A stretch of 32,000 bases of DNA from Candidatus Pelagibacter sp. HTCC7211 (lineage in GTDB: Bacteria; Pseudomonadota; Alphaproteobacteria; Pelagibacterales; Pelagibacteraceae), in NCBI RefSeq assembly GCF_000155895.1, contig NZ_DS995298.1:360001-392000 (forward strand), written 5' to 3'. Position 1 is the stretch's first letter, and every line of letters starts with the position of its first letter. Below, piece by piece: positions 18,121 through 25,736 of this stretch. The notes below the pieces were generated by a model. It saw only the letters and a program-made list of their open reading frames with translations. It was not told the origin of the DNA and made no database searches. A program made the translations under genes and the position numbers.

Positions 18121-18564
18121 TTATCTTTTTTCTAAATATTTTTGGTGATATTCTTCAGCTGGACAATAATTTTTGACTACTGAAATTTTAGTTACAACTT
18201 TTCCAGATAATTTTTTATTTTCTTCATTTAATATTTTTTCTGCTATTATCTTCTGTTTATCGTTTAAGTAAAAAATTTCACTTCTATATTGTGTCCCAAA
18301 ATCTGGACCTTGAGAGTTTAAAGTTGTTGGATCATGAAATTCAAAAAAATATTTTATTATTTCTTCATATGATATTATTTCAGGATCAAAATCTAACTTT
18401 ACTACTTCAGCATGATTTGTTTCACCCGTGCAAACTTCTTTGTAACTAGTTTGAACATTATTACCACCACAATATCCTACTTCAGTTTTAATCACTCCAT
18501 CCAGTTTACTAAACTTTATTTCTGGACCCCAAAAACATCCCAAACCTAAAATTGCTATTTCCAT
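18121..18564 (-). CDS. msrA: Peptide-methionine (S)-S-oxide reductase
   Basis: It has the GLGCFWGPE active-site motif, GYCGG, and the EYHQKYL C-terminal block. Confidence 0.95.
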   Translation of the reverse strand: MEIAILGLGCFWGPEIKFSKLDGVIKTEVGYCGGNNVQTSYKEVCTGETNHAEVVKLDFDPEIISYEEIIKYFFEFHDPTTLNSQGPDFGTQYRSEIFYLNDKQKIIAEKILNEENKKLSGKVVTKISVVKNYCPAEEYHQKYLEKR

Positions 18565-18598
18565 TTATTATTCTGTAAATTAATCTATAAGTTATTCT

Positions 18599-19483
18599 AT
18601 GCTCTCTAAAAATCAATTAGGCTTTTTGTACATGTTTATGTCTGTATGTGCATTTTCAGTCATGGATTTAATTGTAAAATGGTCTGAACATTATCCATTG
18701 GGACAAGTTTTGTTTTTTCGAGGTTTTTTTGGAGTAATTATATATTTTTTCATAATGCCAAGAGAAAGAATAAAAAATTTTTATCAAACTAAAAGAATTG
18801 GTTTACATTTTTTAAGATGTCTTTTTGGACTAATAGCTTTAATTGCCATATTTATTGCTTTACGTAATTTGCCATTAGCTACAGTTGTAAGTATTTCTTT
18901 TGCAGCTCCAATTTTTACAACAATTTTTTCAATTTTTTTTTTAAGTGAAAAAGTAGGTTTTTACAGATGGTTGGCAGTGCTAATTGGTTTTATTGGAATT
19001 ATAGTAATTACGGAACCAGGTTTTGATTCTTTAAATATATACTACATATATCCAATAATTTTTTGTTTAGGTTTATCTTATGTTGCTATTGCAATTAGAC
19101 AATTATCAACAACAGAACCAGTCTGGCTAATTTCTTTATATTTTTCAGCTGCTATTACTTTAGCTAGCCTTTTCACAGTACCATTTGGCTGGGTAATGCC
19201 AAATATTAAAGATTTAATATTACTTTGTATGATTGGTTTTTTAGGAGGTTTTGCAAACTTATGGCTTGGACAGTCATTTAAGTTATCAGAGGTTTCGCTT
19301 GTGTCTCCACTTAAATACTTAGCATTAGTTTTTGGAATAATTTTTGGTTACTTCATATGGGATGAAGTTCCAACTATAAAAACATTGTTAGGAGCTATGT
19401 TAGTAGTTTTTTCTTCATTAATTATCTTGAGAAGAGAAATCCATTATAAAGAAAAAATTCCATCAACAACAAGACATGAGTAA
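18599..19483 (+). CDS. EamA/DMT-superfamily transporter
   Basis: A 294-aa protein with about 10 TM segments and the duplicated EamA architecture. The substrate cannot be inferred. Confidence 0.8.
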   Translation: MLSKNQLGFLYMFMSVCAFSVMDLIVKWSEHYPLGQVLFFRGFFGVIIYFFIMPRERIKNFYQTKRIGLHFLRCLFGLIALIAIFIALRNLPLATVVSISFAAPIFTTIFSIFFLSEKVGFYRWLAVLIGFIGIIVITEPGFDSLNIYYIYPIIFCLGLSYVAIAIRQLSTTEPVWLISLYFSAAITLASLFTVPFGWVMPNIKDLILLCMIGFLGGFANLWLGQSFKLSEVSLVSPLKYLALVFGIIFGYFIWDEVPTIKTLLGAMLVVFSSLIILRREIHYKEKIPSTTRHE

Positions 19484-20111
19484 AGTACCAAAATATTGGA
19501 GTTCAGCAAAAAAATATTTATCTAGAAATGATAAAGTTATGAAATATTTAATTCAAAAATATTCTGAACCATCTGAAGTTACCCTTACTTCAAGAAAAGA
19601 TATTTTCTATTCATTATGTAAAAGTATTATAGGTCAACAGATTAGTGTAGCTGCTGCTAATTCTGTATTTTTAAAATTTAAAAAAAAATGTAAAAATAAA
19701 ATTAATGCTAAAACAGTTTATAAGTTAACAGTTACTCAATTAAAAAGTTGTGGATTAAGTAGACAAAAAGCAAAAGGTATTAAAAGCTTAGCCAAACAAA
19801 CATTGAATAAAACATTTGACTCAAAACTTATTCCAAAAATGTCAGATGAAGAGGCAATAATATATTTATCTAAGCTTAGACAAATTGGAAGATGGTCTGC
19901 AGAAATGATTTTATTATTCACTTACAATCGATCAAATATTTGGCCTATACAAGATATTGGTTTATTGCGAGCAATCTCTAAAAATTATAAAAAAGAATAT
20001 TTACCACCAGAGAAATATGTGAATTTATTATACAAAAGATTTTCTCCATATTGTTCTGTTGCAACTTGGTATTTGTGGAGAAGTATAGATCCTGAACCTA
20101 TTCAGTACTAA
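19476..20111 (+). CDS. alkA: DNA-3-methyladenine glycosylase II (short AlkA-type HhH-GPD glycosylase)
   Basis: It has an HhH-GPD core: IIGQQISVAAANSV..., LRQIGRWSAEMILLF and the catalytic-Asp region WPIQDIGLLRA. Its ATG overlaps the EamA stop (ATGAGTAA). Confidence 0.8.
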   Translation: MSKVPKYWSSAKKYLSRNDKVMKYLIQKYSEPSEVTLTSRKDIFYSLCKSIIGQQISVAAANSVFLKFKKKCKNKINAKTVYKLTVTQLKSCGLSRQKAKGIKSLAKQTLNKTFDSKLIPKMSDEEAIIYLSKLRQIGRWSAEMILLFTYNRSNIWPIQDIGLLRAISKNYKKEYLPPEKYVNLLYKRFSPYCSVATWYLWRSIDPEPIQY

Positions 20112-20394
20112 ATCCTTCAACTACCTGCATATGTCTAACAGTTGTATTTTTTGCTAGATCCCAACCAGCCAAATACTCTTTAGAATTATGACATTCGATA
20201 GCTTTTTCATAACTTGGAAATTCCCAAACAACTGTTCTTGAAAAATCATCTCCTTCAAATGTTTCGTGTTTTCCACCTCTAATAATGGGAACTCCACCAA
20301 AGCTTTTAATAACTGGTATTGCAACTTCTGAGTATTTTTTTAAATTGTCCAGATTTTTAACTTTTGTATATAAACTGATCCAATAAGCTTTCAT
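20098..20394 (-). CDS. DUF1330-family protein (copy 1)
   Basis: A 98-aa protein with the pattern MKAYW...Y...PVIKSFGG..IIRGG...FEG....RTVVWEFPSYEKAIECHNSKEY, typical of DUF1330. An AAGGA Shine-Dalgarno lies upstream. Confidence 0.8.
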   Translation of the reverse strand: MKAYWISLYTKVKNLDNLKKYSEVAIPVIKSFGGVPIIRGGKHETFEGDDFSRTVVWEFPSYEKAIECHNSKEYLAGWDLAKNTTVRHMQVVEGFSTE

Positions 20395-20420
20395 AATATA
20401 TCCTTTTAATAGTATTAATA

Positions 20421-20708
20421 TTAACTACCTTCAACTATCTGATGGTGTCTCTCAGCGTGACCTATCAGAATATTGTGTGCTTCTTTATAATCTTTAGAGT
20501 CATAACATTCTATAGCAGTATTATAATCAGGAAACTCTACAACGACAGTTCTTGGTGAGTTAATTCCATCATTAGTTCTATTTTTTCCACCCCTAATTAT
20601 GAATTTTCCAGAAAACTTTTCTACTGCAGGCTTAGCTTTTAAAGCATAGTCTTTCAGCTTTTCTTCATTATGAATTTTTTCATATATACATACCCAATAT
20701 CCTTTCAT
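20421..20708 (-). CDS. DUF1330-family protein (copy 2, tandem paralog)
   Basis: A 95-aa protein. About 43 of 94 ungapped positions are identical to copy 1 by my hand alignment. An AAGGAG Shine-Dalgarno lies upstream. Confidence 0.8.
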   Translation of the reverse strand: MKGYWVCIYEKIHNEEKLKDYALKAKPAVEKFSGKFIIRGGKNRTNDGINSPRTVVVEFPDYNTAIECYDSKDYKEAHNILIGHAERHHQIVEGS

Positions 20709-20736
20709 GATAACTCCTTTTTAAAATATTTTAATT

Positions 20737-21270
20737 ATGTTAATAAATTTCATGGCAGATAAATTAATTATTAGCTTTGAAGAATATACTAAAATTGTTG
20801 AGAAATTAGCAATACAAATACACAATGAATATAAGCCAACAGTTCTTGTTGGTATCATGAGAGGTGCAGCACCAATACTCGATATCTTATCAAGAATATT
20901 AAAATTACCCATCGCGTATATTGTTATTCAAAGTTACTCAGGAGAAGGGATGGAGGACAAACAAGGTCAATTAATGTTTGCTAGGGAAATTAGCTCTTTA
21001 GCTGAGAATAAAGATTACAATAAAGTTCTTTTGATTGATGATCTTTCAGATACAGGTTTAACGTTAAACAAAAGTATAGAGTGGTTAAAAAATTATGCCC
21101 CAACAAAAGATTATATCAAAGAAGTTAAAACAGCTTGTTTATGGAAAAAAAAATCATCTACATTTGAACCAGATTTTTGTCCTGTAAAATTAGATGGAGA
21201 CCCATGGATTGTTCAACCAACTGAACACTATGAAGAATTATCTATTGAAGAAATTATTAAAAAGAATTAA
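20737..21270 (+). CDS. Purine (xanthine/guanine/hypoxanthine-type) phosphoribosyltransferase
   Basis: It has the PRPP-binding motif KVLLIDDLSDTGLTL and type-I PRT size. An alternative start is the ATG at 20752 (MADKLI...). Confidence 0.8.
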   Translation: MLINFMADKLIISFEEYTKIVEKLAIQIHNEYKPTVLVGIMRGAAPILDILSRILKLPIAYIVIQSYSGEGMEDKQGQLMFAREISSLAENKDYNKVLLIDDLSDTGLTLNKSIEWLKNYAPTKDYIKEVKTACLWKKKSSTFEPDFCPVKLDGDPWIVQPTEHYEELSIEEIIKKN

Positions 21271-21271
21271 C

Positions 21272-21301
21272 TAATAGGGCTAGAAGGAACTAGCCCTATT
21301 A
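21272..21301. terminator. Perfect 12-bp GC-containing hairpin between convergent genes (bidirectional intrinsic terminator candidate)
   Basis: TAATAGGGCTAG (21272-21283), a 6-nt loop AAGGAA, then CTAGCCCTATTA (21290-21301). An A/T-rich tail follows (AAATTATTTT). It sits in the 39-nt spacer between the PRT (+) and the permease (-). Confidence 0.75.
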
Positions 21302-21309
21302 AATTATTT

Positions 21310-22620
21310 TTAAGCAACCGCAAAACTCATAACACTAAGTATCGCAATAACCCAAATTGCTGGTGAAGTGCTTGAAAACTTTCCAGTAAATAACTTGATT
21401 AAAGCATAAGATACAAAAGCTAAAGCAATACCATTACTAATGCTGTAAGTTAGAGGCATTGCAATCATTGCAAGTATAGCGGGGGCTGACTCTGATATAT
21501 CGTTCCATTCAATGTCAGTAATATTTCTAATAAATAAAACTGAAACAAAAAGTAAAGCTGCACCATCAATTTGTTTTGGTAAACTTGTTGCTAAAGGCGC
21601 AAAAAATATACACGCTAAAAATAGCAAACCAATTACAAGAGATGTCATCCCAGTTTTTCCACCAGCTTTAACACCAGCTCCAGACTCAACATAACTTGTA
21701 ACAGTTGTAGTTCCCATCATTGCACCCGCAACTGTACCAACACTATCAGACAACATAGCTTTATTGATGTCTTGAACTTTTCCCTGTTTGTCAACCTTAC
21801 CTGCAACGTTTGCAACTGAAGTTAACGTTCCAGCTGTATCAAAAAAGTCAATGAACAATAAAGTAAATATTACAGTAGACATTCCAGCAGTCATTGCTGC
21901 TGATAAGTCAAACTCAAATAAATATGTCATTGGTGGTGGCGAACTTGCTATACCATTAAATTTAGCAAGACCTGTTGCCCACGCAATGATACTAAATACT
22001 AAAATTCCTATAATAATATTTCCCTTTACATTCATTTTTTCTAATACGATAATTGCAATGAAAGTTGCACAACCTAATAATACTAAAGGGTTACTTAAGT
22101 CTCCTAGTTGAACTAATGTTACTGGATTATCTACAACAACTTCCATTATTTGAAGACCAATTATTGCTAAGAACAATCCTATTCCAGCTCCAATACCTAA
22201 TTTAAGACTTTTAGGAATAGAGTTAATTAGCCAAGCTCTAATAGGTGTAAGAGATATAATTAAAAATAATACACCAGCAACTAATACTGCACCCAAAGCT
22301 TCCTGGGGAGTGTAGCCCATTCCTGCACAAACTCCAAAAGCAACAAAGGCGTTAATTCCCATACCTGGTGCTAGTCCAATAGGCCAAGTTTTTCCATAAA
22401 AAGCCATTATAAAACATGCTAACGCTGTCGCTAATATTGTTGCGGTATACACTGCGCCGAAATCAAAGAAACCTTTTTCGGGTCCGGCAAATTCTCCCGA
22501 TAAGATAAATGGATTTAAAAACATTATATAAGCCATAGTTAAGAACGTAGTTGTTCCAGCTATTACTTCTGTTTTGAAATCTGTTTTGTGTTTTTTATAA
22601 TTAAAATAATTATCAAGCAT
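21310..22620 (-). CDS. NCS2/AzgA-family purine permease (adenine/guanine/hypoxanthine)
   Basis: It has the AzgA/PbuG-type N-terminus FNYKKHKTDFKTEVIAGTTTFLTMAYIMFLNP and a ~13-TM body. A strong AGGAGG Shine-Dalgarno lies upstream. Confidence 0.88.
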   Translation of the reverse strand: MLDNYFNYKKHKTDFKTEVIAGTTTFLTMAYIMFLNPFILSGEFAGPEKGFFDFGAVYTATILATALACFIMAFYGKTWPIGLAPGMGINAFVAFGVCAGMGYTPQEALGAVLVAGVLFLIISLTPIRAWLINSIPKSLKLGIGAGIGLFLAIIGLQIMEVVVDNPVTLVQLGDLSNPLVLLGCATFIAIIVLEKMNVKGNIIIGILVFSIIAWATGLAKFNGIASSPPPMTYLFEFDLSAAMTAGMSTVIFTLLFIDFFDTAGTLTSVANVAGKVDKQGKVQDINKAMLSDSVGTVAGAMMGTTTVTSYVESGAGVKAGGKTGMTSLVIGLLFLACIFFAPLATSLPKQIDGAALLFVSVLFIRNITDIEWNDISESAPAILAMIAMPLTYSISNGIALAFVSYALIKLFTGKFSSTSPAIWVIAILSVMSFAVA

Positions 22621-22746
22621 TTTTCCTCCTAATATGAGTTAAATAAGCGATTCTGATAATAAATACCCTTTAAAACTATTGTTTATTCACAAATTACAAC
22701 TGAGAAGTTTATAATTATGCCATAATTGAGTTGTTATTATCTATTT

Positions 22747-23052
22747 ATGCAAAACTGTAAATTTATTTTATTTTCATTTTTAATGCTTTTAATGATTACT
22801 GGTTGTCAAACGATCAAAGATAAAACAGATGCAATCGTTGAAAAAGAAAATGAAAAACTTAGCAAATATATTAGTAAGCCTGCAAGCGTTTTACAAATGG
22901 ATTTAGGAAAACCTGATGAGGATTTTAAAAATGCAAAAGGTAATTTTGAATTAATTTATAATACAAAAAAATATGGAATCCCTTGCGAGAGAAGATTTGA
23001 AATAAATTCAGATAACATTGTTATAGGGTTTGTATCTAACGGTTGTTTTTAA
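22747..23052 (+). CDS. Small hypothetical lipoprotein
   Basis: It has a signal peptide with a lipobox (LLMITGC|Q). The track start at 22726 is a TTG, and the first ATG is at 22747. I recognise no family. Confidence 0.55.
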   Translation: MQNCKFILFSFLMLLMITGCQTIKDKTDAIVEKENEKLSKYISKPASVLQMDLGKPDEDFKNAKGNFELIYNTKKYGIPCERRFEINSDNIVIGFVSNGCF

Positions 23053-23060
23053 AAATATTA

Positions 23061-23084
23061 CTTGCGAGGAAAAATCCCCGCAAG
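23061..23084. terminator. Hairpin between convergent genes (bidirectional terminator candidate)
   Basis: CTTGCGAGG (23061-23069), loop AAAAAT, then CCCCGCAAG (23076-23084). This is a 9-bp stem with one A/C mismatch, lying between the lipoprotein (+) and ibpA (-). Confidence 0.65.
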
Positions 23085-23095
23085 CAAGGTTTAAC

Positions 23096-23542
23096 TTATT
23101 TAATTTCAATAAGTTTTTTCTTTTTATGTTCTGGAATTATTCTTTCACAAGATATTGTTAAAAGACCATCTTTTAATGCAGCACCATTTACTTTTACATC
23201 ATCAGCGATTGTAAATGATCTTACAAATTGTCTTTGAGAGATACCTTTATGTATAATTTCTCCATCAACATTACTTTCTTCTGATTTATTAACTTGTTTA
23301 GTTCTTACAGTTAATAAATTATCTTCAAACTCTACCTCAACATCATTTTTGTTAAAGCCAGCTAAAGCCACTTCAATAGCATAATTATCTTTACCAGTTT
23401 TTCTGATGTTATAAGGAGGATAATTTGACTGCATTGTCAAATTCCCATTTCCTAACATATTTTCGAATTGGTCAAACATGTCGTCAAAACCAATTGAAAA
23501 AGGTCTTAGTGAGTTAAAGATAGATAGATCCTTACTTGTCAT
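23096..23542 (-). CDS. ibpA: Small heat-shock protein (Hsp20/alpha-crystallin, IbpA type)
   Basis: It has an IbpA-like N-terminus (PFSIGFDDMFDQFE...NYPPYNI) and an alpha-crystallin domain (YAIEVALAGFNKNDVEVEFEDNLLTV...F.R.F.L...V..A.L.DGLLTI). Confidence 0.92.
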   Translation of the reverse strand: MTSKDLSIFNSLRPFSIGFDDMFDQFENMLGNGNLTMQSNYPPYNIRKTGKDNYAIEVALAGFNKNDVEVEFEDNLLTVRTKQVNKSEESNVDGEIIHKGISQRQFVRSFTIADDVKVNGAALKDGLLTISCERIIPEHKKKKLIEIK

Positions 23543-23575
23543 AATATTCTCCTTTGTTAAGCAAGTTTATTTTAT
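23540..23575 (-). promoter_or_regulatory. ROSE-like SD-masking hairpin (candidate RNA thermometer) in the ibpA leader
   Basis: On the minus strand the leader reads ...AAUAAACUUGCUUAACAAAGGAGAAUAUUAUG. CUUGCU (revcomp of 23560-23565) can pair with AGGAG (revcomp of 23549-23553), leaving the G unpaired. This matches the U(U/C)GCU anti-SD arrangement of ROSE elements. Flanking AAUA/UAUU can extend the stem toward the AUG. Confidence 0.4.
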
Positions 23576-23603
23576 GTAAACCCCATTAGGCGACTTACAA
23601 AAG

Positions 23604-23633
23604 TTATATGGTAATTATTTTAAAAATTTCAAG
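23604..23633 (-). promoter_or_regulatory. Sigma-32 (RpoH)-type heat-shock promoter candidate for ibpA
   Basis: The minus strand reads TTTCAATCTTGAA-ATTTTTAAAATAAT-TACCATATA. CTTGAA is the revcomp of 23628-23633 and CCATATAA is the revcomp of 23604-23611. This resembles the consensus CTTGAA-N13-15-CCCCATNTA and would give a leader of roughly 55 nt. Confidence 0.45.
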
Positions 23634-23645
23634 ATTGAAAAAAAA

Positions 23646-25721
23646 TTAAATTTTTTCAGCAATTTTTAATGCAAAAGCATAATCAATAGCAATTTCTTCT
23701 ATGGCCCCATCTCTTCCAGATTTTCCTCCATGACCAGCATTCATTTCAGTTTTTAATAGAAGTAAATTATTGTCAGTTTTATATTCTCTCAATTTAGCTG
23801 TAAATTTTGCAGGCTCATCAAACAAAACCCTATTATCACTTAAGCTAGTAGTAATTAGTATATGTGGATAATCCATTTTTTTTATATTGTTGTATGGAGC
23901 ATAAGAAAATATGTAGTCAAAGTGCTCTTTGTTATCTTTTGCATTGCCAAACTCATCAAATTCGCCAACTGTTAAAGGCAAAGAATGATCAAGATTAGTT
24001 GTTAAAGAATCTACAAATGGTACAGCCATAATAATTCCTAAAAATAATTCTGGTGCCTGATTTACAACTGCACCCATTAATAATCCACCAGCTGACCCAC
24101 CCATACCGATTATTTTTCCTTTAGATGTGTAATTATTTTTTATCAAATATTTTGCTGCGTAGATGTAATCTTCAAAAGTATTTTTTTTATTCGTAAGTTT
24201 TCCTTCTTTCCACCATTTCATTCCTTTTTCCATACCACCTCTGATATGTGCTGTGGCCCATATAATATTTCTATTGATTAAACTTAATCTCGTAGAAGAA
24301 AAACCAGGACTCATTGAATTTCCATATGAACCGTATCCATAAAGTAATAAATTTGCCGAACCATCAGTTTTGGTATGTTTATGCCGGGTTATTGTAAGCG
24401 GAACCAATCTACCATCGTGAGATTCGTACTCTATTCTTTCAACTATATAATCTTCAGGATTATGCCCTGAAGGTATTTCTTGTTCTTTTACAAGTTTTTT
24501 TGATTTATTAGATAAATTATATTTATAAACTCTAGAAGGAGTTTTTGGAGATGAATATCCAAGATGTACTTCATCTGTATCTCTATCTTTTTGAGTTAAA
24601 GAAATACCAGGGACATAAATATTTTCATCTGAAAATTTTAGCTCTTCTTCGATGCCAGATGTGATGTTTCTTACAAACAGTTTATCTAATGCATTAGAAG
24701 TTTCAGATCGAATAATCCAATTTTTTAAAAAAGTACATCCTCCAATTAAAACTTCATTTCTAGCTGGAATGAAGGTTTCCCATTTTTGATCTGACAAACT
24801 ATCAGTTACATCGATTTTAAAATCCTCTGCATTTTTATTAGTATGATTATAAAATTTGTTATCCCAAGAGCTTACTGAATAAATTACCCCTTTTTCTCTT
24901 TGCATTATCAATTTTGGTGAAGGTTTTTCTTCATCAACCCCAAAATAATATTGTTCTGAGGTATTATGATCTGAAGTATTTATAAAGTAATATTTTTCAT
25001 CAGAACTTAAACTAATACCAACTGTAAATGCCTCACTCTTTTCCTCAAAAATTAATTCATCTTCATCATTAAATTTTCCAATTTCATGTCTAAAGATTTT
25101 TCTTGCTCTATGATTTTCATCAAGTTTAGAATAAAAAATATATTTATCATCCAAACTAAAAGTAACACCACCTGATGTTTCAGAAATTTCTTTTGTAATA
25201 ATATTATTAGTTTTGATTTCCCTTATAAAAATTGTGTAATATTCTGAACCTTTCGTGTCTAAAGAATAACCCAGATATTTATCATTATTGCTAACCTCTA
25301 AATCTCCAACACCAAAATATTCAACGCCTAGTTTTTCTTTTTCATTATCTCCGTTCCAAATTTCTTCAATTAAGTCACTACCAATTTTTTTTCGTAATTT
25401 AATTGAATAATTTCCAGTTTCAGTAGTTTTAGTCCAATATTCATAAGTATGATCTTTGTATGGAAGGGACTCATCATCAAGTTTAATTCGACCTTTAATT
25501 TCGTTAAACAGATCTTTTTGCAAAGTTTTTGTATTATTTAAATGATGATCGGTATATTCATTCTCTTTTTCCAAATATTCTCTTACCTCTGGCAAAAGTT
25601 TATCTTTATCTCTTAAAACTTCTAAGATATTTTCTTGATGTATCCAGCTATAATTGTCTTCCCATGTAACATTATGACAAGATTTTAATTCTGGTTTTTT
25701 TCTTAGATATGGTATTTTCAT
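23646..25721 (-). CDS. ptrB: Oligopeptidase B (protease II, S9A prolyl-oligopeptidase family)
   Basis: A 691-aa protein with a beta-propeller N-terminal region and a catalytic domain. The nucleophile motif is GGSAGGLLMGAVVNQAPELF, the Asp region is SLSDNRV and the His is in AGHGG. Confidence 0.92.
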   Translation of the reverse strand: MKIPYLRKKPELKSCHNVTWEDNYSWIHQENILEVLRDKDKLLPEVREYLEKENEYTDHHLNNTKTLQKDLFNEIKGRIKLDDESLPYKDHTYEYWTKTTETGNYSIKLRKKIGSDLIEEIWNGDNEKEKLGVEYFGVGDLEVSNNDKYLGYSLDTKGSEYYTIFIREIKTNNIITKEISETSGGVTFSLDDKYIFYSKLDENHRARKIFRHEIGKFNDEDELIFEEKSEAFTVGISLSSDEKYYFINTSDHNTSEQYYFGVDEEKPSPKLIMQREKGVIYSVSSWDNKFYNHTNKNAEDFKIDVTDSLSDQKWETFIPARNEVLIGGCTFLKNWIIRSETSNALDKLFVRNITSGIEEELKFSDENIYVPGISLTQKDRDTDEVHLGYSSPKTPSRVYKYNLSNKSKKLVKEQEIPSGHNPEDYIVERIEYESHDGRLVPLTITRHKHTKTDGSANLLLYGYGSYGNSMSPGFSSTRLSLINRNIIWATAHIRGGMEKGMKWWKEGKLTNKKNTFEDYIYAAKYLIKNNYTSKGKIIGMGGSAGGLLMGAVVNQAPELFLGIIMAVPFVDSLTTNLDHSLPLTVGEFDEFGNAKDNKEHFDYIFSYAPYNNIKKMDYPHILITTSLSDNRVLFDEPAKFTAKLREYKTDNNLLLLKTEMNAGHGGKSGRDGAIEEIAIDYAFALKIAEKI

Positions 25722-25736
25722 GTAATAAGGAATTAT

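Noticed and set aside
21512-22111. Two plus-strand ORFs (60 aa and 107 aa) inside the purine permease gene
   Set aside because: They are antisense shadows of a membrane-protein gene, and the permease reading frame is continuous and family-typical.
22621-22746. Possible purine riboswitch in the 126-nt leader of the purine permease
   Set aside because: I read the minus-strand leader against the G-box consensus (UAUAAU...GGAUAUGG...GUUUCUACC...CCGUAAA...GACUAUG). None of the conserved junction or loop blocks is present. A covariance-model scan would be the decisive test.
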